A stretch of DNA of 64,000 nt from Lachnospiraceae bacterium (GCA_024691125.1 JAILNV010000203.1:4354-68353), one strand, 5' to 3'; positions 36,365-47,042 are shown, counted from the first letter of the stretch. Numbers and translations are program-made. Notes: generated by a model not told the origin, from the letters alone.

Positions 36365-37117
36365 ATGGATGTTTCGGTTTCCGAGAATAAAATAATGAAA
36401 AGAAGAGCTCAGGTTACTGTGAAGCTTCTTGCTCTGTCAGTTCTGCTTCTGATAGCTCTGCAGATCGCGGCAGTGATCCTGATGGCCGGTGAAACACCAG
36501 CGAATGTCAGGGCGCTGGCTTCGGCATCAGCGGCATATTTTGAGCGCAGATTTTTTGTGAACGCACCTATGATGAGTATTTGGGCATTCGCTGCACGAAT
36601 ATGCGGCATGCATCCGCTGACCTTCATATACTGCATCACGCCGTTTATAATGATTCCGCTTTATTATATTATCTATATGCTGCTTGCGCGTAAGCTTTTT
36701 GAAAGCCCGGCACACAGATGGTTCATGCTTCTTTGCATCTGTCTTTTGAACATGTGGGGATTTCAGTCGGAATATATGCTTCCTTATACTCTGCTTACGG
36801 GCTGGTATACGGGAAGTGCGTTTGTTATACACGGCGTTCTGCCGTTTGCGGCATATCTGCTGGCAGACAGATTCAGGATAAAAGAAAATGAAACGTCGGA
36901 AGAAGACGGTTATGAAGAGACAGATGATTACTATAAACAGGAGGAAGAGTATATGAAGAATCATAGAATTATAAATGCAAGAAATCTGGCCATAGCGCTC
37001 CTTCTTGTAGTCATTATGTTCGTGGGGTCGGTATATGTAATGAATCGGAAGATAAACAGTCTTTATGAAACAACAGTAAACCTTCAGCAGGAGATCGAGG
37101 AGCTCCGCAGAGAGTAG
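36365..37117 (+). CDS. Polytopic membrane protein with an acidic linker and a C-terminal TM/coiled-coil region, function unknown
   Basis: GGAGAG RBS. Multiple hydrophobic helices. I recognise no family motif. Confidence 0.5.
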   Translation: MDVSVSENKIMKRRAQVTVKLLALSVLLLIALQIAAVILMAGETPANVRALASASAAYFERRFFVNAPMMSIWAFAARICGMHPLTFIYCITPFIMIPLYYIIYMLLARKLFESPAHRWFMLLCICLLNMWGFQSEYMLPYTLLTGWYTGSAFVIHGVLPFAAYLLADRFRIKENETSEEDGYEETDDYYKQEEEYMKNHRIINARNLAIALLLVVIMFVGSVYVMNRKINSLYETTVNLQQEIEELRRE

Positions 37118-37160
37118 AAGCGGTGCATGCAGCACAGCAGGCAGGAGCAGAAAAATAAAA

Positions 37161-38321
37161 ATGACCTATATAGTTATGATAGCGCTCGGAGTGCTGGTTA
37201 ACTTCATAATATACCTCTCTTTCGGATCCCTTATAACAATGGGGATCGGGAAAAAACACCGGGGAAGCTCTTGCCCGATACTTTTATCGGCGGTTATAGG
37301 ATTCTTCCTGTATTACTGTGTGTTTTTTGCAGTCTGTTTACCACCGATGAAGTATTACAGGCCGCTTTCCATGCTTACAAAGATATGGGTTCCGACAGTA
37401 CTGGTGGTTGTTGCGGCATCACTTTTATTGAACGGAAAAGCGTGGATAAAAGGATTCGGAAAGTGGGTGGATCGTATCAGGAACAAGCCTGCTTTGGTCC
37501 TGCTTATAATAATACCTGTCATAATACAGGTTGTTTTGGTCTCGTGTACATATAATTTTACCCTTGATGCGGCATATTATGTGGCGAACGTGGCAACAAG
37601 CGTCGAAACGGACATGATGAATGTTTACGATCCTTTTACCGGAGCCTGGCAGGATCATTATGAAATGAGGTATTTTTTCGCCACCTATCAGATCCAGGAT
37701 GCAGTAGTCTGCCAGCTTACGGGTATTCCGGCCCTTATCTGGACCAAGTCGGTTATGGCCGTTACGGTAATAATATTGACAAATATTGTCTATTATATGA
37801 TAGCCGGTGAAATGTTTATGCATGTACCCTTTATTTCCGGACCGGGGGATGAGGAAGCAGAAACAAAGAGCGGATACAGTCATGTGGGATATGTGAGGAA
37901 TAACGAATTTGCAATACCTGTCATGATGATATTCATGCTTGTGGTTAATCTGACATTTATTACCATATATACATCATCACTGTTTCTTCTGACCAGGACA
38001 TATGAAGGTAAGGCAATAGTGGGAAACCTGGCTATCATTACTGTTTTCTACCTGTTTATACGTATGAATGATGAAAGCATACAGGAAAGAGCCTGGCTTA
38101 TCACATTTATTGTATGTTTTGGAGCGGCTACGATATCATCTTCGGCCAATATGCTTCTCCCCGTTGAGCTTACGGTGCTGTTTATACCTATAATCATAAG
38201 GAAGAAGAGCTTTTCCATGCTGCCCAAATATATTGCCTGTGTGATCCCCGGAGTTGTATTTTCACTTATATTTGTTCTGTATGTCAAAGGATATTTTGTC
38301 TGGTATACTTTTCCGAAGTGA
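37161..38321 (+). CDS. Polytopic membrane protein (about 10 TM), possible GT-C-type glycosyltransferase core
   Basis: 386 aa, strongly hydrophobic, with a loop carrying DAAYYVANVATSVETD after the early TM helices. The family assignment is an inference only. Confidence 0.5.
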   Translation: MTYIVMIALGVLVNFIIYLSFGSLITMGIGKKHRGSSCPILLSAVIGFFLYYCVFFAVCLPPMKYYRPLSMLTKIWVPTVLVVVAASLLLNGKAWIKGFGKWVDRIRNKPALVLLIIIPVIIQVVLVSCTYNFTLDAAYYVANVATSVETDMMNVYDPFTGAWQDHYEMRYFFATYQIQDAVVCQLTGIPALIWTKSVMAVTVIILTNIVYYMIAGEMFMHVPFISGPGDEEAETKSGYSHVGYVRNNEFAIPVMMIFMLVVNLTFITIYTSSLFLLTRTYEGKAIVGNLAIITVFYLFIRMNDESIQERAWLITFIVCFGAATISSSANMLLPVELTVLFIPIIIRKKSFSMLPKYIACVIPGVVFSLIFVLYVKGYFVWYTFPK

Positions 38322-38409
38322 GGTACGGTTATTCTGTAGAATAGCGAATTCCATCAGAAAGTCATAGTAAACGGATTCGGTTCGTTTCTGTAAGTAAAGA
38401 GGAAAGAAT

Positions 38410-39276
38410 ATGCAGGGACTTAATGTAACTGAAAAAGGAATAGGATATCTGTGGGCATGCCTTACAGCATATACGGGAGCATGTGCCTATCTCATGCTCT
38501 ATGTTGCAGCGCTTGTCTATATCTGCGTTTTCGGCAGCAGGCGTGAAAAGGAGATATTTATACCCTGCTCTGTATTCCTGATCCTGACAGTCTATAATCC
38601 GATAGCTCCGGTGATCCTTAACAGATTTTTTGATGTTAACAGCGAATACTACAGATTCTTCTGGATAACTCCGGTCATAGTTCTCGTTCCGTATCTGTTT
38701 ACAAGGCTTATTTTCACGGCAAGAGACAGTAAGGCAAAGTCAGTGGTAACTGTGCTTATTCTCTGCATCTGCCTTGTGTCGGGTAATTTTGTTTACAGGA
38801 ACGGGATACAGCTTGCGACAAATATTTATAAAATGCCGGATGAGCTTATGCAGATTTCAGCAATAATACATGAGGATTCGGAAGCAGAATATCCCAAGGC
38901 TTTTCTTGAATATGAATATAACATGCAGATGCGTCAGTACGATCCGAAGATGCAGTTAACTGTGGACAGAGAGGATTATCTTAATGCGGTAAGTACTCCA
39001 TATACAGAAGAAATGCTTGAGGATGAAACGCATCCACAGTACAGGCTGCTTGCATTTCTTGTAAGGCTTCAGCCGATAGACAGGGAAGCTTTCCTTGATG
39101 CGCTTGAAAGCAGCAAAACCGATTACGTTGTCATAAACAAGAGTAACCCGAGAAATACGTTTCTGTTATCGGCCGGTCTTAAGAAGATCGCTGAGACCGA
39201 ACATCACAATGTGTTCCGTTATGAAGTAAAGGAACCTTATGATTTCGAACTGGTTGATTATACCGTGGTATACTGA
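38410..39276 (+). CDS. Membrane protein (about 4 TM plus a C-terminal soluble domain), function unknown
   Basis: The N-terminal 130 aa are hydrophobic and the C-terminal roughly 155 aa are soluble. It ends 1 nt before the next start codon. Confidence 0.55.
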   Translation: MQGLNVTEKGIGYLWACLTAYTGACAYLMLYVAALVYICVFGSRREKEIFIPCSVFLILTVYNPIAPVILNRFFDVNSEYYRFFWITPVIVLVPYLFTRLIFTARDSKAKSVVTVLILCICLVSGNFVYRNGIQLATNIYKMPDELMQISAIIHEDSEAEYPKAFLEYEYNMQMRQYDPKMQLTVDREDYLNAVSTPYTEEMLEDETHPQYRLLAFLVRLQPIDREAFLDALESSKTDYVVINKSNPRNTFLLSAGLKKIAETEHHNVFRYEVKEPYDFELVDYTVVY

Positions 39277-39277
39277 C

Positions 39278-40213
39278 ATGCTGTTAACTGTATTCACTCC
39301 CACCTACAACAGAAAAGAGCTCCTGAAGAGAACCTATGCAAGCCTTAAGGATCAGACATGCCGGGATTTTGTCTGGATAATCGTTGATGATGGATCGGCA
39401 GACGGAACAGAGGAGGCAGTACAGGGCTTTATTGACGAAGGAGAGATAAGTACAGAGTATCATTTTCATGAAAACGGCGGTAAAATGAGAGCCCATAACC
39501 GTGGAGTGGAATATTGTAAAACACCCTGGTTTCTGTGTCTGGATTCCGATGATGTACTTGTTCCCGATGCTGTGGAGCAGATACTTAAGTGTATAAAACA
39601 TATAGAGGGGTATGAGCAGGCTGCTTATGAGGATGAAGGAAATAAGATGAGCGAAGCCCGTAAGGATAAGATTGCCGGTATAATTGCCCATAAAGGGAAA
39701 AGTGAGACGGAACCTTTGTCCGGAGTTGATTTTCCGAAGGAGTATCATGACATTGACAGACAGACGCCGACAACGCTTTATGATCTCTATCTGAATGGCT
39801 TCAGAGGAGAGACAACTTTAATATTCAGGACGGAAATATTAAGAAAATTCCCGTTTCCTGAGATAAATGGCGAAAAATATGTACCTGAGGACTATATTTA
39901 TGATAAAATAGATTCTGAGTATAAATATTTTGTGCTTCCAAGGATCCTTACTGTATGCGAGATAGTATCTGAAGGGTATACTGATTCGGTGAGAAGGCTC
40001 AAGGAAGATAATAAGCAGGCATGGTATCTGTACTATGAACAGCGTGCCCGTATCACGCCTATGTCTTTGCTTAAGCTTAAATATCTGGGGTTCTATCGTT
40101 TGTATGCAAGACTGACGGGTCATGCGCTTAAGGAAGCGGATGGCATTTCGTTGTGGGATAAGATGCTTGGGATACCCGGTGAGATTTTTCTCTTATGTAC
40201 AGGTAAAATGTAA
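39278..40213 (+). CDS. Glycosyltransferase family 2
   Basis: LLTVFTPTYNRKELLKRTYASLKDQTCRDFVWIIVDDGSADGT and LDSDD (DxD) motifs. The ATG is taken directly after the upstream stop. Confidence 0.88.
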   Translation: MLLTVFTPTYNRKELLKRTYASLKDQTCRDFVWIIVDDGSADGTEEAVQGFIDEGEISTEYHFHENGGKMRAHNRGVEYCKTPWFLCLDSDDVLVPDAVEQILKCIKHIEGYEQAAYEDEGNKMSEARKDKIAGIIAHKGKSETEPLSGVDFPKEYHDIDRQTPTTLYDLYLNGFRGETTLIFRTEILRKFPFPEINGEKYVPEDYIYDKIDSEYKYFVLPRILTVCEIVSEGYTDSVRRLKEDNKQAWYLYYEQRARITPMSLLKLKYLGFYRLYARLTGHALKEADGISLWDKMLGIPGEIFLLCTGKM

Positions 40214-40264
40214 GAAATACATTTTATGATTATCAAAATAATCCTACGGTGAAACATATCCGGG

Positions 40265-41686
40265 ATGAAGGTGATTGAGGACAAGACGGTGCAGAGGATA
40301 CAGAACCGTAAACGTATATATAATCTTATAATGGCGCTTATTATAGTGGTGGTTCAGACTGCGGTTGTGAGCTATGTTTGGGTTGTCTATTACAATACCG
40401 AGCTTCCAAAGGCATATTTCTTTTGGGGACACGTATTTATTTCGGTAGTTTATTTGTGCATACTGCTGTTTGCGTCAATTATGTACGGAGGGTTAAGGAT
40501 AGGTTCATACAGAATGCTGGAGCTTCTGTTTTCACAGATAATCGCGACTTTTTTTACCAATGTGCTGTTTTATGCGATGGTGTGCATGCTGGCTTATCAT
40601 TTCCCCACTCCGCTGCCGCTTATTCTGGCAATGTTTATTCAGTGCATACTGATAGGAGGATGGATATTTCTGGCAACCAATATATACAGGGCTCTGTTTC
40701 CTCCGCTGGATGTGCTGCTTATTTATGATGGTAATCATAAGGATCTTTTTGTTGAAAAGGTGCGGACGAGGCGTCACCAGTTCCGGATAACGGAATCTTT
40801 AAGAGCCTGTGACGACTATGAGCTTATGTGCAGTGAAATAGACAGGCATGAGGCTGTCATGCTCTGGGATCTGGATGCTTCTGTGAGGAACAGGCTTCAC
40901 AAATACTGCTATGAAAAGTCAAAAGAGACCTACGTGATGCCAAAGATCATGGACATCGTGCTTAGAGGCGCGACCACGCTCCATTTCTTTGACACGCCGC
41001 TTATGCTGACGAAGAGCTCTCCCATCGAGTTTGAGCAGGAGTTTATAAAGAGAGCTTTCGATATTGTATTTTCACTTATTCTGATAGTACTGCTTTCACC
41101 GTTTATGCTGATCACGGCATTGTGTATTAAAGCATATGACAAGGGTCCGGTTCTGTATAAGCAGATAAGATGTACTGTTAATAACAGGGAATTCTACATA
41201 TATAAATTCAGAAGCATGATAACAGAAGCCGAAAAGGACGGAGTGGCAAGGCTTGCGAGCAGGAATGATGACAGGATAACTCCGGTAGGAAGGGTTATCC
41301 GAAAGATAAGATTTGACGAGCTTCCGCAGCTTTTTAATGTTCTTAAGGGCGATATGTCTTTTGTGGGACCCCGGCCGGAGAGGCCGCAGATAATAGAGCA
41401 GTACAAGAGAGTAATGCCGGAATTTTCATACAGGACAAAGGTGAAGGCGGGAATTACCGGCTATGCGCAGGTGTATGGCAAGTATAACACACTGCCGTAT
41501 GACAAGCTGAAGCTTGATCTTTTCTATATTGAGAATTTCTCGGTGTGGCTGGATCTTAGGCTTATAATCCTGACTGTGAAGACGATCTTCACGTTAGAGA
41601 GTACCGAGGGGATCACGGATGGAAGCCTTACCGCCATGCTTCCGGAAGAAACCGAAGGTGTCGGCACGCACGGGGAATCAGATTAA
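40265..41686 (+). CDS. Polyprenyl-phosphate sugar-1-phosphate transferase (WbaP/EpsL-type priming enzyme)
   Basis: An N-terminal 4-5 TM region is followed by the C-terminal bacterial sugar transferase domain (KRAFDIVFSL..., YKFRSM, DELPQLFNVLKGDMSFVGPRPERP). Confidence 0.9.
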   Translation: MKVIEDKTVQRIQNRKRIYNLIMALIIVVVQTAVVSYVWVVYYNTELPKAYFFWGHVFISVVYLCILLFASIMYGGLRIGSYRMLELLFSQIIATFFTNVLFYAMVCMLAYHFPTPLPLILAMFIQCILIGGWIFLATNIYRALFPPLDVLLIYDGNHKDLFVEKVRTRRHQFRITESLRACDDYELMCSEIDRHEAVMLWDLDASVRNRLHKYCYEKSKETYVMPKIMDIVLRGATTLHFFDTPLMLTKSSPIEFEQEFIKRAFDIVFSLILIVLLSPFMLITALCIKAYDKGPVLYKQIRCTVNNREFYIYKFRSMITEAEKDGVARLASRNDDRITPVGRVIRKIRFDELPQLFNVLKGDMSFVGPRPERPQIIEQYKRVMPEFSYRTKVKAGITGYAQVYGKYNTLPYDKLKLDLFYIENFSVWLDLRLIILTVKTIFTLESTEGITDGSLTAMLPEETEGVGTHGESD

Positions 41687-41737
41687 GATGTAAATGAGGG
41701 TAGCTTTAACAGGGGAGTAGTGTAACGGAGGAGAACA

Positions 41738-42487
41738 ATGATTAAGGGGTTAGTCAGTATTGTGGTACCGGTGTATAATGCCGGAAAGTGGATCGAAGAT
41801 ACGATCTTATCCGTTAAAAGCCAGACCTATAAGGAGTGGGAGCTGATCCTTGTGGATGATCTGTCAACGGATGATTCCGTCAAAGTGATGGAGCTGTATG
41901 AAGGACCGGATATAAAGGTGATCAAAACATCCAAGAATCACGGGGCAGCTTACGCGAGAAATCTGGGAATATCTGAGGCGGAGGGGCAGTATATCTGCTT
42001 CATAGATGCAGATGATCTGTGGTCTCCGGATAAGCTGGAAACACAGCTTGCATTTATGAAAGAGAAGAATGCAGCATTTGGTTTTACCGGTTATGAATTT
42101 GCGGATGCGAGCGGCATAGGGGTGCAGAAGATAGTAAGAGTGCCGGGGACCATTACCTACAGGCAGGCGCTGAAGAATACAACGATTTTCACAAGCACTG
42201 TTATGTTTGATATGGAGAAGCTTGAAAAGAACGATATTATGATGCCCGAGGTTCCGAGCGAGGATACGGCAACCTGGTGGAAGGTGCTTAAGAAAGTGGA
42301 TTGCGCTTACGGGCTGGATGAACAGCTTACTCTTTACAGACGCGGTACAGGAACGCTCTCGTCCAATAAGATGACAGGTGTACAGCGGATATGGAATCTG
42401 TACCGGAATGTTGAAGGACTTAATGTGTTCTACAGCTCATACTGTTTTGTATTCTGGGCATTCAGGGCTCTGCTCAGGAGAATGTGA
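41738..42487 (+). CDS. Glycosyltransferase family 2
   Basis: VSIVVPVYNAGKWIEDTILSVKSQTYKEWELILVDDLSTDDS and IDADD motifs. Confidence 0.88.
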   Translation: MIKGLVSIVVPVYNAGKWIEDTILSVKSQTYKEWELILVDDLSTDDSVKVMELYEGPDIKVIKTSKNHGAAYARNLGISEAEGQYICFIDADDLWSPDKLETQLAFMKEKNAAFGFTGYEFADASGIGVQKIVRVPGTITYRQALKNTTIFTSTVMFDMEKLEKNDIMMPEVPSEDTATWWKVLKKVDCAYGLDEQLTLYRRGTGTLSSNKMTGVQRIWNLYRNVEGLNVFYSSYCFVFWAFRALLRRM

Positions 42488-42518
42488 CGGAGTATTATTC
42501 GGTCCGGGAGATTATGAT

Positions 42519-43310
42519 ATGAACCTTCAGGTATTACTGTCTGCTATGTACCTTGACGATGAAGGATATATAGACACGCTCAATATCACAACCGATGCCG
42601 TGGTGATAAACCAGTGCGATCGTGAAGGATGCCGGGATACAGTCAGGGAAGCGGCTGACGGCAGCAGGCAGAGGATAAAATATATAGAGACCACACAGAG
42701 GGGACTTTCAAAGAGCCGTAACATGGCGATAAACGCAGCAGATGGTGATATATGCATACTCTGTGACAATGATGTTGAATATCTTCCGGATTATGAGAAA
42801 AGGATATCGGAGGGCTTCGCACGTCATCCCGATGCCGATCTCATAATTTTTTATATAAAAAGAAAAGAGAAGCCCATTCCCAATTATCCCAGGACAAAAC
42901 GAATGGGCTATCTTTCGGTGCTTAAGATATTTTCGCCGGAGATCGCATTTAAGAAAAAGAGCATTACGGGAATACAATTCGACGAGCGTTTCGGAGCGGG
43001 ATCGGGAAAATATATAATGGGTGAGGAAAACATATTCCTCTATGACTGTCTGAAGAAGGGGCTTAGGATTTACTACGAACCGGTACAGATAGCAAGTCTT
43101 CGGGAAGAAGAGTCGACCTGGTTTACAGGGTATGATGAACGTTTCTTTGTTTCAAGAGGAGCGGATTACGCGGCTATGTCGAGATGGTTTTCACCTGTTC
43201 TTATATGGCAGTTCGCCTTAAGAAAGAGGCCGGAGTACGGAATGGAAATGAAGACCGGAGAAGCCCTTAAGCATATGTTCAAAGGCCGAAAGGAGCTGCT
43301 TGACAGCTGA
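42519..43310 (+). CDS. GT-A fold glycosyltransferase (GT2-like)
   Basis: The start is taken at MNLQVLLSAMY after a GGGAGA RBS. Contains RGLSKSRNMAINAADGDICILCDNDVEY (DxD motif). Confidence 0.75.
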   Translation: MNLQVLLSAMYLDDEGYIDTLNITTDAVVINQCDREGCRDTVREAADGSRQRIKYIETTQRGLSKSRNMAINAADGDICILCDNDVEYLPDYEKRISEGFARHPDADLIIFYIKRKEKPIPNYPRTKRMGYLSVLKIFSPEIAFKKKSITGIQFDERFGAGSGKYIMGEENIFLYDCLKKGLRIYYEPVQIASLREEESTWFTGYDERFFVSRGADYAAMSRWFSPVLIWQFALRKRPEYGMEMKTGEALKHMFKGRKELLDS

Positions 43311-43383
43311 AAAAGCGTGGCAGAAACAAGCAGAGGCTAAAAGAGCGTACTGATTAAAAGAGAGAATTTACGGTAACTGAACT

Positions 43384-44409
43384 ATGAAAGTATTCGTTGT
43401 GGGAGATTACAGGACAGGAACGGGTCCTGCCAATGTGACAAAAGAATATCTGCTGAGATTTCCCGAGAATACTTCGAGACTGATTTTTTCATCCAAGATT
43501 CTGAGGGCTGTCGAGATAGTACTGAAGATGCCGTTTAGCAGTGTGCTGCTGGTTTCGGGTTATTCAAAGCAGAACATCCTTGCGCTTAAATGGGCACGGA
43601 TTCTCGGCAAACCTTCGGCTTATCTTATGCATGGCTGTGTTGAACACGAAAATGCAATAAATGAGTGCATTGACGAGCAGATGAACAGAGTGGAAAGAAA
43701 GACCATGGAGCTTTGCAGCGCCATATATGCGGTTTCCGAACACTTTGCAGGATGGCTTAAGACATATTATCCTGAGCATTCGGATAAAATAAGTGCAGCG
43801 ATAAACGGTTTGGATACCGGGATGCTTGAAAACATAGATGCATATAGTTACGGACACAGGAGCAGGGATATGATCCTGACGATCGGCGGAGGCATGCCGA
43901 GAAAAAAGATCAAACACATCTGCGGTGCTATTGATATCCTTAATACCAAGGCAGGTGAAATGAAGTATAAGCTGGTGGTGATCGGGGATAAGGGAAAAGA
44001 TGATGCGGTGATCGATTCATATCCCTTTGTTGAGAATATGGGACTTGTATCCGGAAATGTAGCTATGGGACTGTACAGAGAAGCGAGCCTTTTCATACAG
44101 AACAGCTGCTTTGAGACCTTCGGACTGGCTCCGATGGAGGCTCTTATGAACGGATGCAGTATATTGGTTTCGCAGGAAATAGGTGCCCTTGAACTGTTCG
44201 GAGGAGTAGAGGATGGGGATGTTATCAGAAACTGGTACGATGAACGGGAGATAGCGGCGAAGATAGACAGATTGATGGAAAACGGAAATGCCTACAGGCT
44301 TTCCGAGGCATTTGACAGGGAAACGGCTTCATGGGAAACAAGAACGACAGAGCTGTGGCACAAGCTGATACAGCTGGTTTCGGACAGGAAAACAAAAGGC
44401 AGGAAGTAA
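43384..44409 (+). CDS. Glycosyltransferase family 4 (GT-B, group 1)
   Basis: The C-terminal block FETFGLAPMEALMNGCSILVS (E-x7-E) is typical of GT4. Confidence 0.85.
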   Translation: MKVFVVGDYRTGTGPANVTKEYLLRFPENTSRLIFSSKILRAVEIVLKMPFSSVLLVSGYSKQNILALKWARILGKPSAYLMHGCVEHENAINECIDEQMNRVERKTMELCSAIYAVSEHFAGWLKTYYPEHSDKISAAINGLDTGMLENIDAYSYGHRSRDMILTIGGGMPRKKIKHICGAIDILNTKAGEMKYKLVVIGDKGKDDAVIDSYPFVENMGLVSGNVAMGLYREASLFIQNSCFETFGLAPMEALMNGCSILVSQEIGALELFGGVEDGDVIRNWYDEREIAAKIDRLMENGNAYRLSEAFDRETASWETRTTELWHKLIQLVSDRKTKGRK

Positions 44410-45614
44410 TAAATATTGCTGTGTTTGCGGTAATGTTTATTATATATGCGCTTACTTTTATAATTGCAAAATTCTATGACATTACATATCCGTATGCAGG
44501 TGTGATCAATTTCTGTCTGCTTACGGTTCTGCTGTTCAATAATGTCAGTATCCTGACTGCGCTGAAAAACAGGGATGCAGATTTCTGTATTCTGGCGGCA
44601 CTTGTCCTTGTGACCGCTGTAAATCTGGTGATCGTCGATTCGGGAAAAGGTGCATTCTTTGTCCCGGTAAACTTCCTGCTCATATGGTATATGTCCGATA
44701 AACTGTATATATCTCAAAAGACGGTAAAGATGTTTGCCGCAGCATATATGGCGTATTTGCTGTTTTATCTGTTTATAGCATATCCGAGGCTGTTTACCAC
44801 ATTCGAAAATTATAAATACAACACTAATACGGCAGCGACATTTACGATATATACAATGCTTTGCGCATTTATGCTGCTTGAGATACTGACAGATAAGACA
44901 GCAGACAAGGTGAATCCGGATGCATGGGAGGAGAATTCACGTGTACTTCTTATCGGTCTTTTTAAGGTCATGATCCTGCTTAAGGGATTTCAGTTGTCAC
45001 TTTGGCACAGGGCAAGGGGTGCATTCATAATGCTTATCCTCTTTATGCTGTTTAAATACTGTGTTCCCAAGAAATGGTGGAGAAGTAAGGTGTTGTATGC
45101 ACTTTTATGTATTCTGGCAACGCTTGGCTCCCTGGCTTTTGTGGGACTGTATGTATATATCGGAGAGACGGGTGCGAACTTTAAGCTTCCCTTCTTTTAT
45201 AAGGAGGTTTTCTCAGGGCGGGAGGCAATATGGCATGAACTGTTTGATCTGCTCGTACATAATGAAAAACCGTATACTTTGTTTACGGGTATAGGCACGA
45301 ACTTTGAACTTACATCTTTTTTTGAAAAGAACGTTCATAACGCAATGTACAATTTTGTTGTAATACACGGGATTGTTGTTTTTGCGGGTATATTATATTT
45401 CATATATAAAAGACTGTGGCAGGTAAGAGGGAGGATCGCAGACAACAGGGTGGCAATGACGGCCATGTGTGCCCTGATGGCTGTGTTTTTTGAGTCATAT
45501 CTGGATGTTGATCTGATCTGGGCAGATTATGCGCTAAACCTGATCTTCCTTCTGATCATGATCAATTTGCCGTGTGAATCCGATCGGACAGGGATAGAAG
45601 ATGCCGGAAGATAA
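44331..45614 (+). CDS. O-antigen polymerase/ligase-family (Wzy/WaaL-like) membrane protein, copy 1
   Basis: More than 10 TM helices with a large late loop (FYKEVFSGREAIWHELFDLL...). It is a paralogue of the 47043-48287 product. The start is uncertain: 44331 overlaps the upstream gene by 79 nt, and the alternatives are 44421 (GTG) and 44433 (ATG). Confidence 0.7.
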   Translation: MGNKNDRAVAQADTAGFGQENKRQEVINIAVFAVMFIIYALTFIIAKFYDITYPYAGVINFCLLTVLLFNNVSILTALKNRDADFCILAALVLVTAVNLVIVDSGKGAFFVPVNFLLIWYMSDKLYISQKTVKMFAAAYMAYLLFYLFIAYPRLFTTFENYKYNTNTAATFTIYTMLCAFMLLEILTDKTADKVNPDAWEENSRVLLIGLFKVMILLKGFQLSLWHRARGAFIMLILFMLFKYCVPKKWWRSKVLYALLCILATLGSLAFVGLYVYIGETGANFKLPFFYKEVFSGREAIWHELFDLLVHNEKPYTLFTGIGTNFELTSFFEKNVHNAMYNFVVIHGIVVFAGILYFIYKRLWQVRGRIADNRVAMTAMCALMAVFFESYLDVDLIWADYALNLIFLLIMINLPCESDRTGIEDAGR

Positions 45615-47034
45615 AAGTCAAACGACAGGCTCTTTCAAATATAAATATCTGGCAGGCAATATAGCTCTGTTTACCATCAGTAACTTCGTATCAAAGATAC
45701 TGGTTTTTCTTTTGGTACCGTTCTACACAAATATATTGTCTACCGCCGATTACGGTATTGCGGATGTAATGCAGACAACTCTGCTCCTGCTGGTTCCGAT
45801 GCTTACCATAAATATGGGAGAAGCTGCGCTTCGTTACGGGATAAACAGGAGTGATAAGAGAGCGGAAATTTTCAGGATCGGCATTAAGTATGTCTTCAGG
45901 GCATGCCTGATCGTAGCTGCAGGATGCATCGTCGGTTGTATTCCGGCAAGGGTGGAAATGAGATGGTTTTTTTTCGTGTTTGTTTTCCTGTTTGCGACCA
46001 ACTGTCTGTATGAATTCCTTATACTGTATTTTCAGGGCTGTGAGAAGGTAAAGCTTGTTGTTACGGGCAGCATATCATCCACGGCCATCCTTCTAACATG
46101 CAATATCGTCCTGCTTCTGGTGGTTAGGATGGGCCTTGACGGATATCTGCTGTCGCAGATGCTTGCCTTTAGCTGCGCCTCTGTGATAATGCTGTTTCTG
46201 GGCCGTTCGGAATACAGATCGTCCGCAGCTGTCTCTGCAGACTTCGAAAAGGAGCTTCTTGCTTACGGCCGCCCAATGATTGCATATTCAACCGGCAGCT
46301 GGATAAATAATGCAGCGGACAGATATCTGGTATCCTTAATGAAGGGAGTAGCCGTTAACGGACTGTATGGTGTGGCTTATAAGATTCCCGCAATGCTTAC
46401 GGTATTTCAGAGGATATTTGCACAGGCATGGCAGATGTCGGCAACGAAGAGTTATGAGGATGATAACAGCAGTGAATTCTTCAGTACGATGTATAATGCT
46501 TATAATACATTTATGGTAGTGGGCTGTTCTTTTCTTATACTAACAGTGAGGCTGTTTGCATGGCTGATGTTTAAAAAGGAGTTCTATGAAGCATGGAGAT
46601 TTGTTCCTCCGCTGCTTATATCGGTGGTGTTCGGAGCGCTGACCGGTTTCCTGGGATCCATCTGCCTGGCATATAAGGATTCAAAAGCGATGGGGTGGGC
46701 TACAGGCATTGGAGCCTGCGTTAATATAGTACTTAACCTGATCCTGATCCCGGGGTATGGTGCGATGGGAGCTGCAGCCGCTACTGCCGTATCTTATTAC
46801 CTTATGTATCTTCTGGCATTTATGAAGGTCAGGAGGTACGTTAAACCCGAGGTTAAGCTTGTTAGGGATTACTCCGCATATCTGCTTCTTGTTGCAGAAG
46901 CTGTGGTAATGATAGCATTTACGGGATATGAAACTGTAATTTCATGCAGCATATTTGTGGTTATCACTGTTATTTACGGCGGTGAAATATTTAAGATCAT
47001 CAGAAAACTTATTATGCTTACAAAACATGCATAG
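45601..47034 (+). CDS. Wzx-type polysaccharide flippase (MOP superfamily)
   Basis: 477 aa with about 12-14 TM helices and an N-terminal pattern typical of polysaccharide biosynthesis/export proteins. It overlaps the upstream gene by 14 nt. Confidence 0.8.
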   Translation: MPEDKSQTTGSFKYKYLAGNIALFTISNFVSKILVFLLVPFYTNILSTADYGIADVMQTTLLLLVPMLTINMGEAALRYGINRSDKRAEIFRIGIKYVFRACLIVAAGCIVGCIPARVEMRWFFFVFVFLFATNCLYEFLILYFQGCEKVKLVVTGSISSTAILLTCNIVLLLVVRMGLDGYLLSQMLAFSCASVIMLFLGRSEYRSSAAVSADFEKELLAYGRPMIAYSTGSWINNAADRYLVSLMKGVAVNGLYGVAYKIPAMLTVFQRIFAQAWQMSATKSYEDDNSSEFFSTMYNAYNTFMVVGCSFLILTVRLFAWLMFKKEFYEAWRFVPPLLISVVFGALTGFLGSICLAYKDSKAMGWATGIGACVNIVLNLILIPGYGAMGAAAATAVSYYLMYLLAFMKVRRYVKPEVKLVRDYSAYLLLVAEAVVMIAFTGYETVISCSIFVVITVIYGGEIFKIIRKLIMLTKHA

Positions 47035-47042
47035 GACATCAT

